From: an uncultured Muribaculaceae bacterium
Lineage (GTDB): Bacteria; Bacillota_I; Bacilli_A; RF39; UBA660
Assembly: GCA_964407685.1 (NCBI GenBank)
Contig: CAYOWI010000015.1
Span: forward strand, 1 to 26,906
Length of the DNA: 26,906 bases
Direction: 5' to 3'
Positions 26,198 to 26,906 of the stretch are shown here, in pieces. The stretch's first letter is position 1; every line of letters begins with the position of its first letter. Under the pieces are notes generated by a model. That model did not search any database. It was not told the origin of the DNA and saw only the letters and a program-made list of their open reading frames with translations. The translations under genes were made by a program, and so were the position numbers.

Positions 26198-26671
26198 ATG
26201 AATAAAGCATTTTTAATCGGAAGATTAACTAGGGATCCAGAACTTAGATATTCATCTAGTAATGCTGCAATAGTAAATTTTTCTATTGCAATTGATAGAC
26301 AATACACGAATAATCAAGGACAAAGAGAAACTGACTTTATTAACATAGTTGCGTTTCAAAAACAAGCCGAAAACATAAAGAAGTATGTTAGCAAGGGTTC
26401 TTTAGTTGCGGTTGACGGAAGGATTCAAACTCGTAATTACGAGGATAAAGATGGGAAACGTGTTTATGTTACTGAGGTTGTAGCTGACCGTGTTCAATTC
26501 CTTGACTCTAAGAATTCTGGTAATGCCGTTTCAACTAATGTTGGTGAAGATAATATATCACCTGCGGATTTTCAAACTGATGTTACGCCAAAAGAAACCG
26601 ATGTTTCTGACGATGTGTTTGCCGATTTTGGGAGTAGCATAGAAATAAGTGATGACGATATTGCATTTTAA
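26198..26671 (+). CDS. ssb: Single-stranded DNA-binding protein
   Basis: OB-fold N-terminus MNKAFLIGRLTRDPELRY...TDFINIVAFQKQAEN, a disordered acidic linker and a C-terminal DDDIAF tail. Confidence 0.95.
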   Translation: MNKAFLIGRLTRDPELRYSSSNAAIVNFSIAIDRQYTNNQGQRETDFINIVAFQKQAENIKKYVSKGSLVAVDGRIQTRNYEDKDGKRVYVTEVVADRVQFLDSKNSGNAVSTNVGEDNISPADFQTDVTPKETDVSDDVFADFGSSIEISDDDIAF

Positions 26672-26690
26672 TTAAAAAGGAGGAATTTAA

Positions 26691-26906
26691 GTGGCAGAGT
26701 TTTTCAGAAAGAAAAAGAAAATATGTCAAATGTGTGCTGGTAAAAGCGTAGATTATAAAGATCCTGAGATTTTAAGAAAATATATAAACGAAAAAGGTAA
26801 AATTTTACCAAGAAGAGTAACAGGGGCATGTTCTAAACACCAAAGACATATAGCACAGCAAATTAAAAGAGCTAGAATGATAGCATTACTACCATTCTCA
26901 AAATAA
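26691..26906 (+). CDS. rpsR: 30S ribosomal protein S18
   Basis: GTG start 8 nt after AAGGAGG. The motifs ...[31 protein letters not shown]...IKRAR..ALLP are typical of S18. The stop codon is the last triplet of the window. Confidence 0.95.
   Translation: MAEFFRKKKKICQMCAGKSVDYKDPEILRKYINEKGKILPRRVTGACSKHQRHIAQQIKRARMIALLPFSK

Noticed and set aside
1-26906. Mollicutes-type code 4 (UGA = Trp), suspected from the extreme AT content
   Set aside because: RF2 with its UGA-dependent frameshift is present, and several good ORFs terminate at TGA (for example 1021-1023 and 4772-4774). Standard code 11 fits all genes.
1-26906. CRISPR arrays, tRNA/rRNA genes, IS elements and a multi-gene defence or other novel system
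   Set aside because: There are no regularly spaced direct repeats, no cloverleaf-like GC-rich segments in the intergenic gaps, no transposase or integrase ORFs, and no cluster of unexplained adjacent genes. The unexplained genes here are all singletons.

Overview
This is a very AT-rich window that is almost entirely coded on the plus strand. It looks like core chromosome from a low-GC Bacillota-type genome, possibly an Erysipelotrichia- or Mollicutes-related lineage, but I cannot place it more precisely. The genetic code is standard: an RF2 gene with the classic UGA autoregulatory frameshift is present, and several ORFs end in TGA.

Gene order: Ppx/GppA-like protein; prfB (programmed +1 frameshift); YitT-family protein; ftsE; ftsX; coiled-coil M23 peptidase; orphan membrane protein; a dead copy of the uvrB 5' end plus a 1.3 kb insert carrying a VanZ-like gene; intact uvrB; a dinD-like pseudogene plus a DUF3419-like gene; uvrA; ArpU-like regulator; yvlD-type holin-family membrane protein; lgt; trxB; one minus-strand orphan membrane gene; whiA; parA; parB; MscS-family channel; DUF951 protein; AbgT-family transporter; a decayed spacer; ychF; rpsF-ssb-rpsR.

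The parAB/ychF/rpsF-ssb-rpsR block and the one-directional transcription suggest the window lies near the replication origin and reads away from it.

I found no CRISPR array, tRNA, rRNA, intact mobile element, or convincing multi-gene novel system. The features that stand out are:
- a scar of foreign-DNA insertion at the 5' end of uvrB (a diverged, inactivated duplicate of codons 1-91 bracketing a VanZ-like gene);
- a second small accessory insertion that splits uvrB from uvrA;
- a lone opposite-strand orphan gene whose start codon sits in a perfect 10-bp stem;
- a 32-bp palindromic operator-like element at the left edge.

All family assignments come from motif recognition by eye, not from database searches.
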